This document shows positions 30,003 to 38,210 of a DNA stretch of 55,905 bases, in pieces. The position numbers and the translations under genes were made by a program. How positions within the stretch are numbered: the first letter of the stretch is position 1; every line of letters begins with the position of its first letter. The DNA lies in assembly GCA_019118585.1 (NCBI GenBank), contig DWYS01000033.1, positions 1 to 55,905 of the forward strand, read 5' to 3'. The DNA is from Candidatus Enterocloster faecavium (lineage in GTDB: Bacteria > Bacillota > Clostridia > Lachnospirales > Lachnospiraceae). The notes under the pieces were generated by a model. The model did not search any database. It was given only the letters and a program-made list of their open reading frames with translations, and was not told the DNA's origin.

Positions 30003-30063
30003 CTTAACCTCCTTATCACTTCCGTTAAAAAATCATGGGCAAAAACCTGAACGGTTACGAAAA

Positions 30064-30092
30064 ATTATACCCACTGCGCTATTAAAAGTCAA
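30064..30092 (-). promoter_or_regulatory. Sigma-A promoter of the opp operon
   Basis: Minus strand TTGACT-N17-TATAAT. Confidence 0.75.
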
Positions 30093-30102
30093 TACAAAAC
30101 CA

Positions 30103-30131
30103 TTGATTTTTCCTTTTGCTCCCTTTATAAT
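30103..30131 (+). promoter_or_regulatory. Sigma-A promoter of dppA, back-to-back with the opp promoter
   Basis: TTGATT-N17-TATAAT. Confidence 0.7.
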
Positions 30132-30176
30132 CGGTAACAGTTCAGACCTTTAAAAGCCATAAAAGGAGCTCAAATT

Positions 30177-30971
30177 ATGAAAGTTTATATCAGCGCAGAT
30201 ATTGAAGGAACAGCCGGCACCACCTCCTGGGCCGCAACGGAGCTTGGGGACAAGGAACATGCGGCGGCGGCCAGGGAAATGACCCTGGAAGCCGTGGCTG
30301 CCTGCGAAGGTGCCCTTCAGGCAGGGGCTGACGAGATCTATGTAAAAGATGCCCATGACAGCGGCCGCAACATGGATTTGTCCCTGTTTCCAAAGGAAGC
30401 AAAGGTCATTTACGACTGGTCCCTGACACCGGATTCCATGATCGCCGGGCTGGATGATTCTTTTGACGCCGTTCTGTTTGTTGGCTACCATTCGCCAGCC
30501 GGCCTGCCCGGAAGCCCTCTCTGCCACACCATGAACCGCGACAACAGCTGGGTTAAGATCAACGGAGAGCTGGCCTCGGAGTTCACCCTCCACGCTCTTC
30601 TGGCCGCCTCCAGAGGCGTTCCTTCCGTTTTTCTCTCCGGCGACCAGGCCCTCTGCGGACATGCCCGCCGGCTGGTGCCCGGCTTGACCGCCGTTGCTGT
30701 CAAGGACTGTCTTGGAAGAGCCACCGTCAACCTCTCTTCTCAGATGGCCCTGGAGCAGATCCGTGAAGGAGCCGCCCGCTCTCTGTCCCGTATAGAAGGA
30801 TGTCTGCCAAAGGTTCCGGAGGAGCTGACTCTGGAAATCCGCTTCAAAGACTATTTCCGGGCCCTGAGAGCCTCCTATTATCCCGGCGTAATCCGGCTGG
30901 ATGACTTTACCGTCTCCTTCACCGCCCGCACCATAGACCAGCTGATGACTGCCCGGATGTTTATTCTGTAA
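30177..30971 (+). CDS. dppA: D-aminopeptidase, peptidase family M55
   Basis: MKVYISADIEG, DAH, FVGYH, L.HT, SGD zinc-site motifs. Confidence 0.92.
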   Translation: MKVYISADIEGTAGTTSWAATELGDKEHAAAAREMTLEAVAACEGALQAGADEIYVKDAHDSGRNMDLSLFPKEAKVIYDWSLTPDSMIAGLDDSFDAVLFVGYHSPAGLPGSPLCHTMNRDNSWVKINGELASEFTLHALLAASRGVPSVFLSGDQALCGHARRLVPGLTAVAVKDCLGRATVNLSSQMALEQIREGAARSLSRIEGCLPKVPEELTLEIRFKDYFRALRASYYPGVIRLDDFTVSFTARTIDQLMTARMFIL

Positions 30972-30988
30972 TTTTTTTCAAAAAACTG

Positions 30989-31017
30989 TTGACATTTCCC
31001 GAAACTTCCGCTATAAT
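30989..31017 (+). promoter_or_regulatory. Consensus promoter of the tRNA gene
   Basis: TTGACA-N17-TATAAT with an A/T-rich UP element. Confidence 0.85.
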
Positions 31018-31045
31018 TGCTTTTGCGCTGTTGAGATACAGCAAT

Positions 31046-31119
31046 GCGTCAGTAGCTCAGCTGGATAGAGCATACGGCTACGGACCGTAGTGTCGGGAGT
31101 TCGAATCTTCTCTGGCGCG
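31046..31119 (+). tRNA. tRNA-Arg (anticodon ACG); CCA not encoded
   Basis: Acceptor stem GCGTCAG/CTGGCGC; D-arm GCTC-AGCTGGATA-GAGC; anticodon arm TACGG-CTACGGA-CCGTA; T-loop TTCGAAT. Confidence 0.97.
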
Positions 31120-31123
31120 GATG

Positions 31124-31159
31124 AAAAGCCCTGTAAGTGTAAAGCTTGCAGGGTTTTTT
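31124..31159 (+). terminator. tRNA terminator
   Basis: CCCTGTAAG/CTTGCAGGG stem followed by T6. Confidence 0.85.
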
Positions 31160-31212
31160 GATTTTGTATCTCTGGCCGGCTTCCGGTCGTTAAAAAGTCA
31201 AACTTGCGTATC

Positions 31213-31241
31213 TTGCAAAAACAATCCGCATATGCTATAAT
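31213..31241 (+). promoter_or_regulatory. Promoter of the putative antitoxin sRNA
   Basis: TTGCAA-N17-TATAAT with TG extension and no downstream ORF before the terminator. Confidence 0.75.
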
Positions 31242-31246
31242 GCCGT

Positions 31247-31322
31247 TAGGCTAAAGGATATTGGTAATCCAATCACAGACGGCTAAACGAAAACCCCGGA
31301 GCGGCTACTCCGGGGTTTTCTA
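31247..31322 (+). ncRNA. Putative type I antitoxin RNA (RNAII-like, ~70-75 nt; ends approximate)
   Basis: Bounded by a strong promoter and terminator. Carries TAAAGGATATT..TCCAA.CACAGAC, a direct repeat of the toxin start region and therefore complementary to the toxin mRNA. Confidence 0.7.
31289..31320. terminator. Bidirectional terminator shared by the toxin mRNA and antitoxin RNA
   Basis: Perfect 13-bp inverted repeat GAAAACCCCGGAG/CTCCGGGGTTTTC with T-tracts on both strands. Confidence 0.88.
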
Positions 31323-31369
31323 TTCCCATTTTTGTATGGCAGGGTTTACAGCCATAGGTTCGTTACCGG

Positions 31370-31456
31370 CTACTCATCTTTGTCGAACCATTTGCTGACG
31401 AGGTGGCTAACCACACCAGCCATGACATTGATGATAAAGGATATTAGATGTTCCAA
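31370..31456 (-). CDS. Putative type I toxin peptide, Fst/Ldr-like (28 aa)
   Basis: AAAGGGGGTG-N7-TTG; MEHLISFIINVMAGVVSHLVSKWFDKDE* has one hydrophobic helix, an NxxxG motif, a Trp and a charged tail. Below the ORF-track size cutoff. Confidence 0.78.
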   Translation of the reverse strand: MEHLISFIINVMAGVVSHLVSKWFDKDE

Positions 31457-31503
31457 GCACAGACACCCCCTTTCCGTACCGGTATAGGGGCGGTAACATA
31501 AGC

Positions 31504-31532
31504 ATTATAACATAGCCGCAGTAATCCCACAA
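31504..31532 (-). promoter_or_regulatory. Promoter of the putative toxin mRNA
   Basis: Minus strand TTGTGG-N17-TATAAT with a TG extended -10. Confidence 0.7.
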
Positions 31533-31633
31533 TTCCAAAAGGGACCCGGGATTGATTCCGGCTCCATTCGCTATCAATCTGGATGCCGATGACAAAAACT
31601 GGATAGACCCTGAGCAGGAACGCACCATGGTCC

Positions 31634-32581
31634 TTACTCCCCCCGCTGCTCCCCTTCTTCAAAATTCCTCGTCTCATCCACAATATATACCGGCCGGTCC
31701 TTCAGTTCCGTAAAGAGGATGGCGATATACTCTCCGATGATCCCGATGAGAAAAAACATCATAGCAAACATAAAGCAGATCAGCACCACGATCGTGGCGT
31801 AGCCGCTGGGAGCCCCCCTGCGGGTCAGAATGGTGTAAACCATCACTGCCACTCCCAGAAGTCCCGAAAAAATCCCCGCATAAATTCCAAGCTTTAAAGG
31901 CATATTGGAAAAGCAGAGGATCGTATTAACGGAGAAGACAAACAGCTTTTTCAGGCTGTATTTGCTCTCCCCCGCCACCCTGGCCCTGGCCTCGTACTCA
32001 ATGTGGGTGCGGGCAAAGCCGATATTCTGCACATATCCCCGAAGGAACCGCACTTTCTCACGGTAGCTTTTCCTGAGAATTTCAGCGGCGTGACTGCTGA
32101 GCCCGAAGAAATCCGAAGCATTTGGCTCCAGATGGACATCGGAAATGTGATTGATCACCCAGTAAAAGCCGGCGGAAGTAATGTTCTTGATCAGCCCGGC
32201 TGTCCTGTTGTGCGTGCGGACCATGGTGATCACATGATAGCCTTCCTCGATCTTCTCCAGGATTTTCGGGATATATTCCGGCGGATGCTGTAGATCCGCA
32301 TCCATGCAGATCACCGCATCTCCCCGGCTGTAATCCAGGCCGGCAATCATGGCCGCCTCGTGGCCGAAGTTTCTGGAAAAGCTGACAATTTTCACTTTGG
32401 GATTCTCCTCTGCCAGCTCCTCTAAAATCTCCAGGCTCCCATCGCTGCTGCCATCGTTGACAAAGACCAGCTCATAATCCCAGTCCAGCCCTGCCAGCAC
32501 TTTTCCCGTTTCCCTATAAAATTCTTTCAGCGCCTTTTCCTCATTGTAGACAGATACCACAACTGAAACTTTCCTGTCCAT
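31634..32581 (-). CDS. GT2 polyprenol-phosphate glycosyltransferase (GtrB/YkoT/CsbB-like)
   Basis: VNDGSSD, FSRNFGHEAA, MDADLQHPP, two C-terminal TM helices, 'IGEYI..ELKDRP.YIV'. Confidence 0.9.
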   Translation of the reverse strand: MDRKVSVVVSVYNEEKALKEFYRETGKVLAGLDWDYELVFVNDGSSDGSLEILEELAEENPKVKIVSFSRNFGHEAAMIAGLDYSRGDAVICMDADLQHPPEYIPKILEKIEEGYHVITMVRTHNRTAGLIKNITSAGFYWVINHISDVHLEPNASDFFGLSSHAAEILRKSYREKVRFLRGYVQNIGFARTHIEYEARARVAGESKYSLKKLFVFSVNTILCFSNMPLKLGIYAGIFSGLLGVAVMVYTILTRRGAPSGYATIVVLICFMFAMMFFLIGIIGEYIAILFTELKDRPVYIVDETRNFEEGEQRGE

Positions 32582-32606
32582 CGCACCCTTCGGGCCCCTT
32601 TCTCTG

Positions 32607-33458
32607 TCACCATATCTGAATTTCCTGTGTGGAGTGAGTCGGCACCCGCTTTTCCCTGGGCGGGAGTTTCATATAGTCTCCATAGACCTCGGTCAGGATC
32701 GGGTCCCAGCCCCTCGGTACCATCAGCCGTGTGTCCTCAAAATCCATGTCCTCCACCCGGTCGCACCAGTCTTTGTCCACTGTCACGTACATAAAATCCG
32801 GCTGGTAGGTACTGTAATAGCGCAGCCTGCCCTTACTCTTCCTGTCCTTTTTGGAAATGGCGTCCTGGAGCCGAAAAATTGCCTTCATGGGGATCAGCCT
32901 TCCCACGCCGGCCAGACCGGCCACCATCACCTTCTGGGCCGGGGTATACTTTCCAAAATCCAAATGGAAGCGATGTCCCATGGCCAGGCCGTATACAGCC
33001 TTCTGGAGAAACTTGGTCCACCAGGCTCCAAGTTTCCCGGCAGGCAGGCGGTCGATGGTAAATAGATCCACCCAGATATGGTTCAGTTTTCCCTCATAAA
33101 ATGCCATCTCCGGCGTATCCCCATGGCACCGGCTGTTTTTATAGATAATCCGGGGGGTAAAATCATAGAATGCCCGTCCTCCCCGGAAGCTGTCCGGCTC
33201 CAGAAGCTCCATGTGCTCCGGCAGTTCTCTCCCTGCCACCTTCCGGAACGCCTCATACTGGCTCCTGGTCATGGCCACATCCGCATCGTCGTCCCAGGGA
33301 ATGAAACCGTGGTGTCGGACTGCGCCAATCAGCGTCCCCGCATCCAGCCCATAACGGATTTTATATTTCCGGCAGATTCGGTCAATCTCCTTTAAAATCT
33401 CCAGACTGGCCTCATGCACCGCCTTCATATCATATGCGGTATTGGCTGTTTGTTCCAA
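32607..33458 (-). CDS. LicD-family phosphotransferase
   Basis: GTLIGAVRHHGFIPWDDDAD and YGDYMKLPP motifs. Confidence 0.92.
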   Translation of the reverse strand: MEQTANTAYDMKAVHEASLEILKEIDRICRKYKIRYGLDAGTLIGAVRHHGFIPWDDDADVAMTRSQYEAFRKVAGRELPEHMELLEPDSFRGGRAFYDFTPRIIYKNSRCHGDTPEMAFYEGKLNHIWVDLFTIDRLPAGKLGAWWTKFLQKAVYGLAMGHRFHLDFGKYTPAQKVMVAGLAGVGRLIPMKAIFRLQDAISKKDRKSKGRLRYYSTYQPDFMYVTVDKDWCDRVEDMDFEDTRLMVPRGWDPILTEVYGDYMKLPPREKRVPTHSTQEIQIW

Positions 33459-33474
33459 AGCTGCGGCCTCCTTC

Positions 33475-34845
33475 CTAATGTCTTGCTGCCTCCAGGCCTT
33501 CCCGGACGGTCTTTGCCATATAGTCGATCATGGGCTCCGTCATGCCGGGATACAGACCCAGCCAGAAGGTATGTTCCATGATCCGGTCCGTGTTGGCAAG
33601 CTTGCCGCAGATGCGGTAGCTTCCCTCCCGCCCCCTAAGTTCATCGAAACAGGGGTGCCTGGTCAGATTTCCCGCAAAGAGCATCCGGGTCTGAACCTTA
33701 TGGCTTTCGATATAATTCACCAGTTTTCCCCGGTCCACGCCTTCTCTGCAGGTAATAAGGAAGCCAAACCAGCTTGGGTCGGAGCCGGGGCATGCCTCCG
33801 GAAGAATCAGGCTCTCCTCGGTCCCCTTTAATCCGTCCTTCAGCCTCCTGAAGTTCTCCCTGCGCCTCTCCGTAAAATGGGGAAGCTTTTCCAGCTGAGC
33901 GCAGCCAATGGCCGCCTGCATATCCGTCACCTTCAGGTTGTATCCAAAATGGGAGTACACATATTTGTGGTCATACCCCAAAGGCAGCTGCCCGTACACC
34001 CGGTCAAACCGGTGATGGCAGGTGTTATCCTGCCCTGGCGGGCACACGCAGTCTCTTCCCCAGTCCCGGAAGGAACGGACAATTTTATGGAGGAGCGGGT
34101 CATTGGTGTACACTGCACCTCCCTCGCCCATCGTCATATGGTGAGCCGGATAAAAGCTGGAGGTGCCGATATCCCCGATGGTGCCTGTAAAGCGGGTTTC
34201 CTCCCCTTCCGGTCCTTTTACGGTATAGAGGCTTCCCAGGGCATCGCAGTTGTCCTCCACCAGCCACAGATCATGGCGGCGGCAGAAATCCTTCACCGCA
34301 TTCAGGTCAAATGGATTTCCCAGGGTGTGTGCGATCATCACCGCCTTGGTCTTAGGAGAATAAGCCTCCTCCAGCATATTGACATCTATGTTGTACTGGG
34401 GAATGGTCACATCCACGAACACCGGAACCGCCCCGTACTGCACCATAGGCGCTACCGTGGTGGGGAATCCGCAGGCCACGGTAATCACCTCGTCCCCTCT
34501 CTTTACCCGGCGCTCTCCCAAAAGAGGGGAGGTCAGGGCCATAAATGCCAGCAGATTGGCTGAGGAGCCGGAATTGGTAACGGAGCAGAACCTCACATTC
34601 AAATATTCCGCCATCTTTTTTTCAAATTCATCCGTATAGCGCCCTGCAGTCAGCCAGAAATCCAGGGAGCTGTCCACCAGATTCACCATCTCCCGGCTGT
34701 CGTACACACGGGAGGCATAGGAAATCCGGTCTCCCTCCTCAAAGGGCTTCTTCTTGTTGTGAAAAGTCTCGCAGTATTCCGCCACCAGGTCCAAGATCTC
34801 CTGCCTGGCCTGGGACTCCGTCTTATTTTCAAACATGAATTTCAT
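33475..34845 (-). CDS. rfbH: CDP-4-keto-6-deoxyglucose 3-dehydratase (E1, RfbH/DdhC)
   Basis: NSGSSANL, HTLGNPF, EDNCDALG, SFYPAHH.TMGEGG (His in place of the Schiff-base Lys), RDWGRDC.C..G.DNTC Fe-S cysteines, YDHKY.YSH.GYNLK. Confidence 0.92.
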   Translation of the reverse strand: MKFMFENKTESQARQEILDLVAEYCETFHNKKKPFEEGDRISYASRVYDSREMVNLVDSSLDFWLTAGRYTDEFEKKMAEYLNVRFCSVTNSGSSANLLAFMALTSPLLGERRVKRGDEVITVACGFPTTVAPMVQYGAVPVFVDVTIPQYNIDVNMLEEAYSPKTKAVMIAHTLGNPFDLNAVKDFCRRHDLWLVEDNCDALGSLYTVKGPEGEETRFTGTIGDIGTSSFYPAHHMTMGEGGAVYTNDPLLHKIVRSFRDWGRDCVCPPGQDNTCHHRFDRVYGQLPLGYDHKYVYSHFGYNLKVTDMQAAIGCAQLEKLPHFTERRRENFRRLKDGLKGTEESLILPEACPGSDPSWFGFLITCREGVDRGKLVNYIESHKVQTRMLFAGNLTRHPCFDELRGREGSYRICGKLANTDRIMEHTFWLGLYPGMTEPMIDYMAKTVREGLEAARH

Positions 34846-34901
34846 TCTCCTTCATCGATTATACTGTTTTCGTCGGCAGCCGCTCTTGAACCCTTCCCGG
34901 A

Positions 34902-35963
34902 TCACAGGGAAAAGAATTCTTTAATCTGCCGGTCCATCGCCTTTGTCAGATCTTCCCCTACCAGCCACGCCTTATACCAGAGGACTGACCGTTCCACCGC
35001 CTGGCGGATGCCCGTTCTCGGCCTCCAGCCAAAGGTCTTCTTCACACGGGAGCAGTCCAGCTTCAGAAAATTCGCCTCGTGGGGCCCCCCGGCAAAATGG
35101 TTCTCCCAACGGGCGCCTTCTCCCCAGCACTGACAGAACAGCTCCACCAGTTCCCCGGTCGTTACGCAGTCGCAGTCATCAGGCCCTACGTTGTAGTATC
35201 CCTGCAGCGATGGATCCTCCCACTGAGCCATGGCAATGGTCAGGTACACTGCCAGAGGCTCCAGCACCAGCTGATAGGGGCGGGTAGAATGGGGATTGCG
35301 CACACCGATCGGCCTCCCCTCCTTCATAGCCCGGACGCAGTCGGGAATAATGCGGTCGTTGGCAAAATCTCCGCCGCCGATCACATTTCCCGCCCTGGCA
35401 GTGGAGATGGCGCAGCTTCCCTCCTGGAAAAAGGATTTCTGGTAGCTGTGGGTCACCAGCTCGGAGCAGGACTTGCTGTTGGAATATGGGTCATAGCCGT
35501 CCAGAGGGTCTGTCTCCCGGTAACCATACTCCCATTCCCTGTTTTCATAAACCTTGTCCGTGGTCACGTTCAAAAAAGAGCGGACACAGCCGCTTTTGCG
35601 GATGCACTCCAGCACATGGACCGTTCCCATTACATTTGTCTCATAGGTGTACACCGGGTCCTTGTAGGAGTCCCGCACAATGGGCTGAGCTGCCAGGTGG
35701 AACACGATCTCCGGCCTGGCCTCCTCAAAGACCTTCTCCAGATGTTCCAGATCCCGCACATCCCCAATCACGCTTGCAAGCCCGCTGCCGATGCCGGCGA
35801 TTTCAAACAGGCTGGGGTCCGTCGGCGGCTTCAGGCTGTACCCGGTCACCTCCGCTCCCGCCAGTGTCAGGATCCGGCACAGCCAGGACCCCTTAAATCC
35901 CGTGTGGCCGGTGACCAGCACCCGTTTTCCCCTGTAAAATTCCTCTAATCTTTTCCAATCCAT
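34902..35963 (-). CDS. rfbG: CDP-glucose 4,6-dehydratase
   Basis: VTGHTGFKGSWL, HLAAQP.VR.SY, TTDKVY, DPYSNSK, RAGNVIGGGD. Confidence 0.95.
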   Translation of the reverse strand: MDWKRLEEFYRGKRVLVTGHTGFKGSWLCRILTLAGAEVTGYSLKPPTDPSLFEIAGIGSGLASVIGDVRDLEHLEKVFEEARPEIVFHLAAQPIVRDSYKDPVYTYETNVMGTVHVLECIRKSGCVRSFLNVTTDKVYENREWEYGYRETDPLDGYDPYSNSKSCSELVTHSYQKSFFQEGSCAISTARAGNVIGGGDFANDRIIPDCVRAMKEGRPIGVRNPHSTRPYQLVLEPLAVYLTIAMAQWEDPSLQGYYNVGPDDCDCVTTGELVELFCQCWGEGARWENHFAGGPHEANFLKLDCSRVKKTFGWRPRTGIRQAVERSVLWYKAWLVGEDLTKAMDRQIKEFFSL

Positions 35964-35966
35964 CCC

Positions 35967-36749
35967 TTAATCCTTCCAAATCTTCCATGGTGCCTGTCCG
36001 GACTGCCACAGACTCTCCAGCTTCTTCATTTCCCTCTGGGTATCCATACACTGCCAGAATCCGTCGTGGTAGAAAGATTTCAGCTGTCCTTCCGCCGCCA
36101 GGCGCCGCATGGGCCCCTGCTCGAATACGGTGGTATCGTCCTCCAGATAATCGAAAATTCCGGGATTCAGCACCATGAAGCCGCCGTTGATCAGCACCCC
36201 GTCGCTTTCATCCTTTTCCCGGAAGGAGAGGACCGTATTGTTCTCGTCAATATCCAGCACGCCCTTCATCTGGCCAATGTTCACAGTGGTGATGGTGGCA
36301 ATCTTTCCGTGGGACTGGTGGAATTTCAGCAGCGCCGCCAGATCCACTGTGCTGACACCATCCCCGTAGGTCAGCATAAAAGGCTCATCCCCTGTAAAGG
36401 GCCGGATGCGCTTTACCCGGCCGCCGGTCATGGTGTTTAGTCCTGTATCCACCAGGGTCACCTTCCAGGGCTCCGCATAATTGTTGTGAACCTCCATCCG
36501 GTTATTTGCCAGATCAAAAGTCACATCGGACGTGTGAAGAAAATAGTCCGCGAAAAATTCCTTTACCACATACTGCTTGTACCCCAGACAGATTACGAAA
36601 TCATGGAATCCGAACTCCGAGTAATATTTCATAATATGCCATAAAATGGGCTTGCCCCCAATCTCAATCATGGGCTTTGGCTTTAAATGGCTCTCCTCGC
36701 TGATTCTGGTGCCGAATCCGCCGGCCAAGATAACCACCTTCATGTTCAT
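35967..36749 (-). CDS. rfbF: Glucose-1-phosphate cytidylyltransferase
   Basis: LAGGFGTRISEES..KPKPM, TMTGGR, LTYGDG, GFWQCMDT. Start at 36749 or 36743. Confidence 0.95.
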   Translation of the reverse strand: MNMKVVILAGGFGTRISEESHLKPKPMIEIGGKPILWHIMKYYSEFGFHDFVICLGYKQYVVKEFFADYFLHTSDVTFDLANNRMEVHNNYAEPWKVTLVDTGLNTMTGGRVKRIRPFTGDEPFMLTYGDGVSTVDLAALLKFHQSHGKIATITTVNIGQMKGVLDIDENNTVLSFREKDESDGVLINGGFMVLNPGIFDYLEDDTTVFEQGPMRRLAAEGQLKSFYHDGFWQCMDTQREMKKLESLWQSGQAPWKIWKD

Positions 36750-38164
36750 TCCTCCTCGCGGAACACATTCCAGTGATTCTCTTCCAAAATCTGGTATGCA
36801 TTCCTGATTTTATCATTCCCGTTCCAATATTCAAAAAAGTCCGCCAGCTCGTCTCCCTGAGCTTCAAATTCTTCATCCGTAAGCTTCGGAACCTCAAGAG
36901 CCCGCTCTGCCCTGGCCTCAAACCATTCCTTGCGGTATGGAGCCATTTCTAATTCATGATAAGTAGTATAACCATTTCCCAGAAGGATTGCAACCGAGAA
37001 TATGGCCGCCAGGGTGCGCCCCACCATCCAGAACTTCTGCTCAATCTGCAGAACCAGTGCAAAGGTCAGGAGAATCCCAAAGATTCCCACCTGAAACTGC
37101 AGGGTGTAGCGGGAGGAATTCAGGGCGTAGGACTCCTTCTCAAAAATATACCTGGTCAGAAATACCAGCAGATGATTCAGTCCTCCTCCCAGCAGCAGCA
37201 TCATAGGCATGATGGCCCGCTCGTAAAGACGGTAGCGGATATTCATCCAAAGAGCCGCAAGGTATCCGCAGATGACGAACAATCCGATTCCGTAGCAGGC
37301 CTTGTTGCTGAGAAGCCCGCTGTTCATCCAGTTGGTCAGTTCCTCCCCTCCCACCAGGATTCCCGCAAAGGACTTTAACAGAAAGCGGATGGGAAATGTG
37401 GGGTGATCCATCAGAATCACCCACAAAGGCCGCCCCGTATCCCCTGCATGTTCCTCGACCACATAGGAATTGCTGAGAACATAGAGCAGCAGGGGGATCA
37501 GCGCACAGAAGAACCAGGCTATAAACCATCTCTGCTCCTCCTTCTTTCCCTTCTGTCCGCAGCGGATCAGGCAGTACAGATAGGACACCAGCAGCACCGC
37601 CGCATAGCTTGCCCCGTAGGGTCCTGCGGCTCCCAGGATGATCAGCCAGGGCAGGATACAGAGCCTGGCCTTGTCTCCCTTCTTTCCCTCGCCGCTCCAG
37701 ACCCGGTCCAAAACCAGCTCGTGGTAGTAAAAGCCTGCAAAGGCGAGAAAATGGGCCCAGCCGCTGCCGTTGGTGATCATCTCCCACTTGTTCAGGCTGA
37801 ACATCACCGCCATGAGGATCACAAACCACATAAGCCCCAGCCTGCGCCTTTTGCAGTATGAACCGAACACCAGACCTGCCAGTCCCAGCCCCACAGCGCC
37901 CAGCACCCGGTCCAGGGTAACGGAAAATCCGAAAAATTCCACGTTGATGATCCGTTCCAGATAATTGATCGGGATTCTGGTCAGAACATCGGGAACCAGA
38001 AATTTCTTCAGATCATACACATCGGGCAGATAGCTGTTGACCAGCCGGATATAATCAGAATAAACCACATCGCAGGTGGACTGGGCAATATACCAGCACA
38101 CAAACACCGTTCCCAGAATGGGAAGCAAAATATAAATGAGAGATTTAAGCTTTTCTCTTTCCAT
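36746..38164 (-). CDS. Polytopic membrane protein, probable GT-C-fold glycosyltransferase
   Basis: About 11-12 TM segments; acidic 'DVVYSDY' loop after TM1; located in a glycan locus with a GtrB-like enzyme. Function is inferred. Confidence 0.55.
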   Translation of the reverse strand: MEREKLKSLIYILLPILGTVFVCWYIAQSTCDVVYSDYIRLVNSYLPDVYDLKKFLVPDVLTRIPINYLERIINVEFFGFSVTLDRVLGAVGLGLAGLVFGSYCKRRRLGLMWFVILMAVMFSLNKWEMITNGSGWAHFLAFAGFYYHELVLDRVWSGEGKKGDKARLCILPWLIILGAAGPYGASYAAVLLVSYLYCLIRCGQKGKKEEQRWFIAWFFCALIPLLLYVLSNSYVVEEHAGDTGRPLWVILMDHPTFPIRFLLKSFAGILVGGEELTNWMNSGLLSNKACYGIGLFVICGYLAALWMNIRYRLYERAIMPMMLLLGGGLNHLLVFLTRYIFEKESYALNSSRYTLQFQVGIFGILLTFALVLQIEQKFWMVGRTLAAIFSVAILLGNGYTTYHELEMAPYRKEWFEARAERALEVPKLTDEEFEAQGDELADFFEYWNGNDKIRNAYQILEENHWNVFREEE

Positions 38165-38210
38165 GACTTTACGAATCTCCTGTTTTCAGTAGCATTCAAC
38201 CGCACGACTT

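Larger units (their letters stand above)
31252..31464 (+). repeat. Imperfect direct repeat pair (31252-31280 and 31435-31464)
   Basis: TAAAGGATATT-GGTAA-TCCAA-T-CACAGAC versus TAAAGGATATT-AGATGT-TCCAA-G-CACAGAC. Confidence 0.85.

Noticed and set aside
31407-31683. ORF-track minus-strand ORFs of 73 and 79 aa
   Set aside because: They lack an RBS and run across the toxin promoter and UTR; the 28-aa ORF at 31370-31456 explains the region better.
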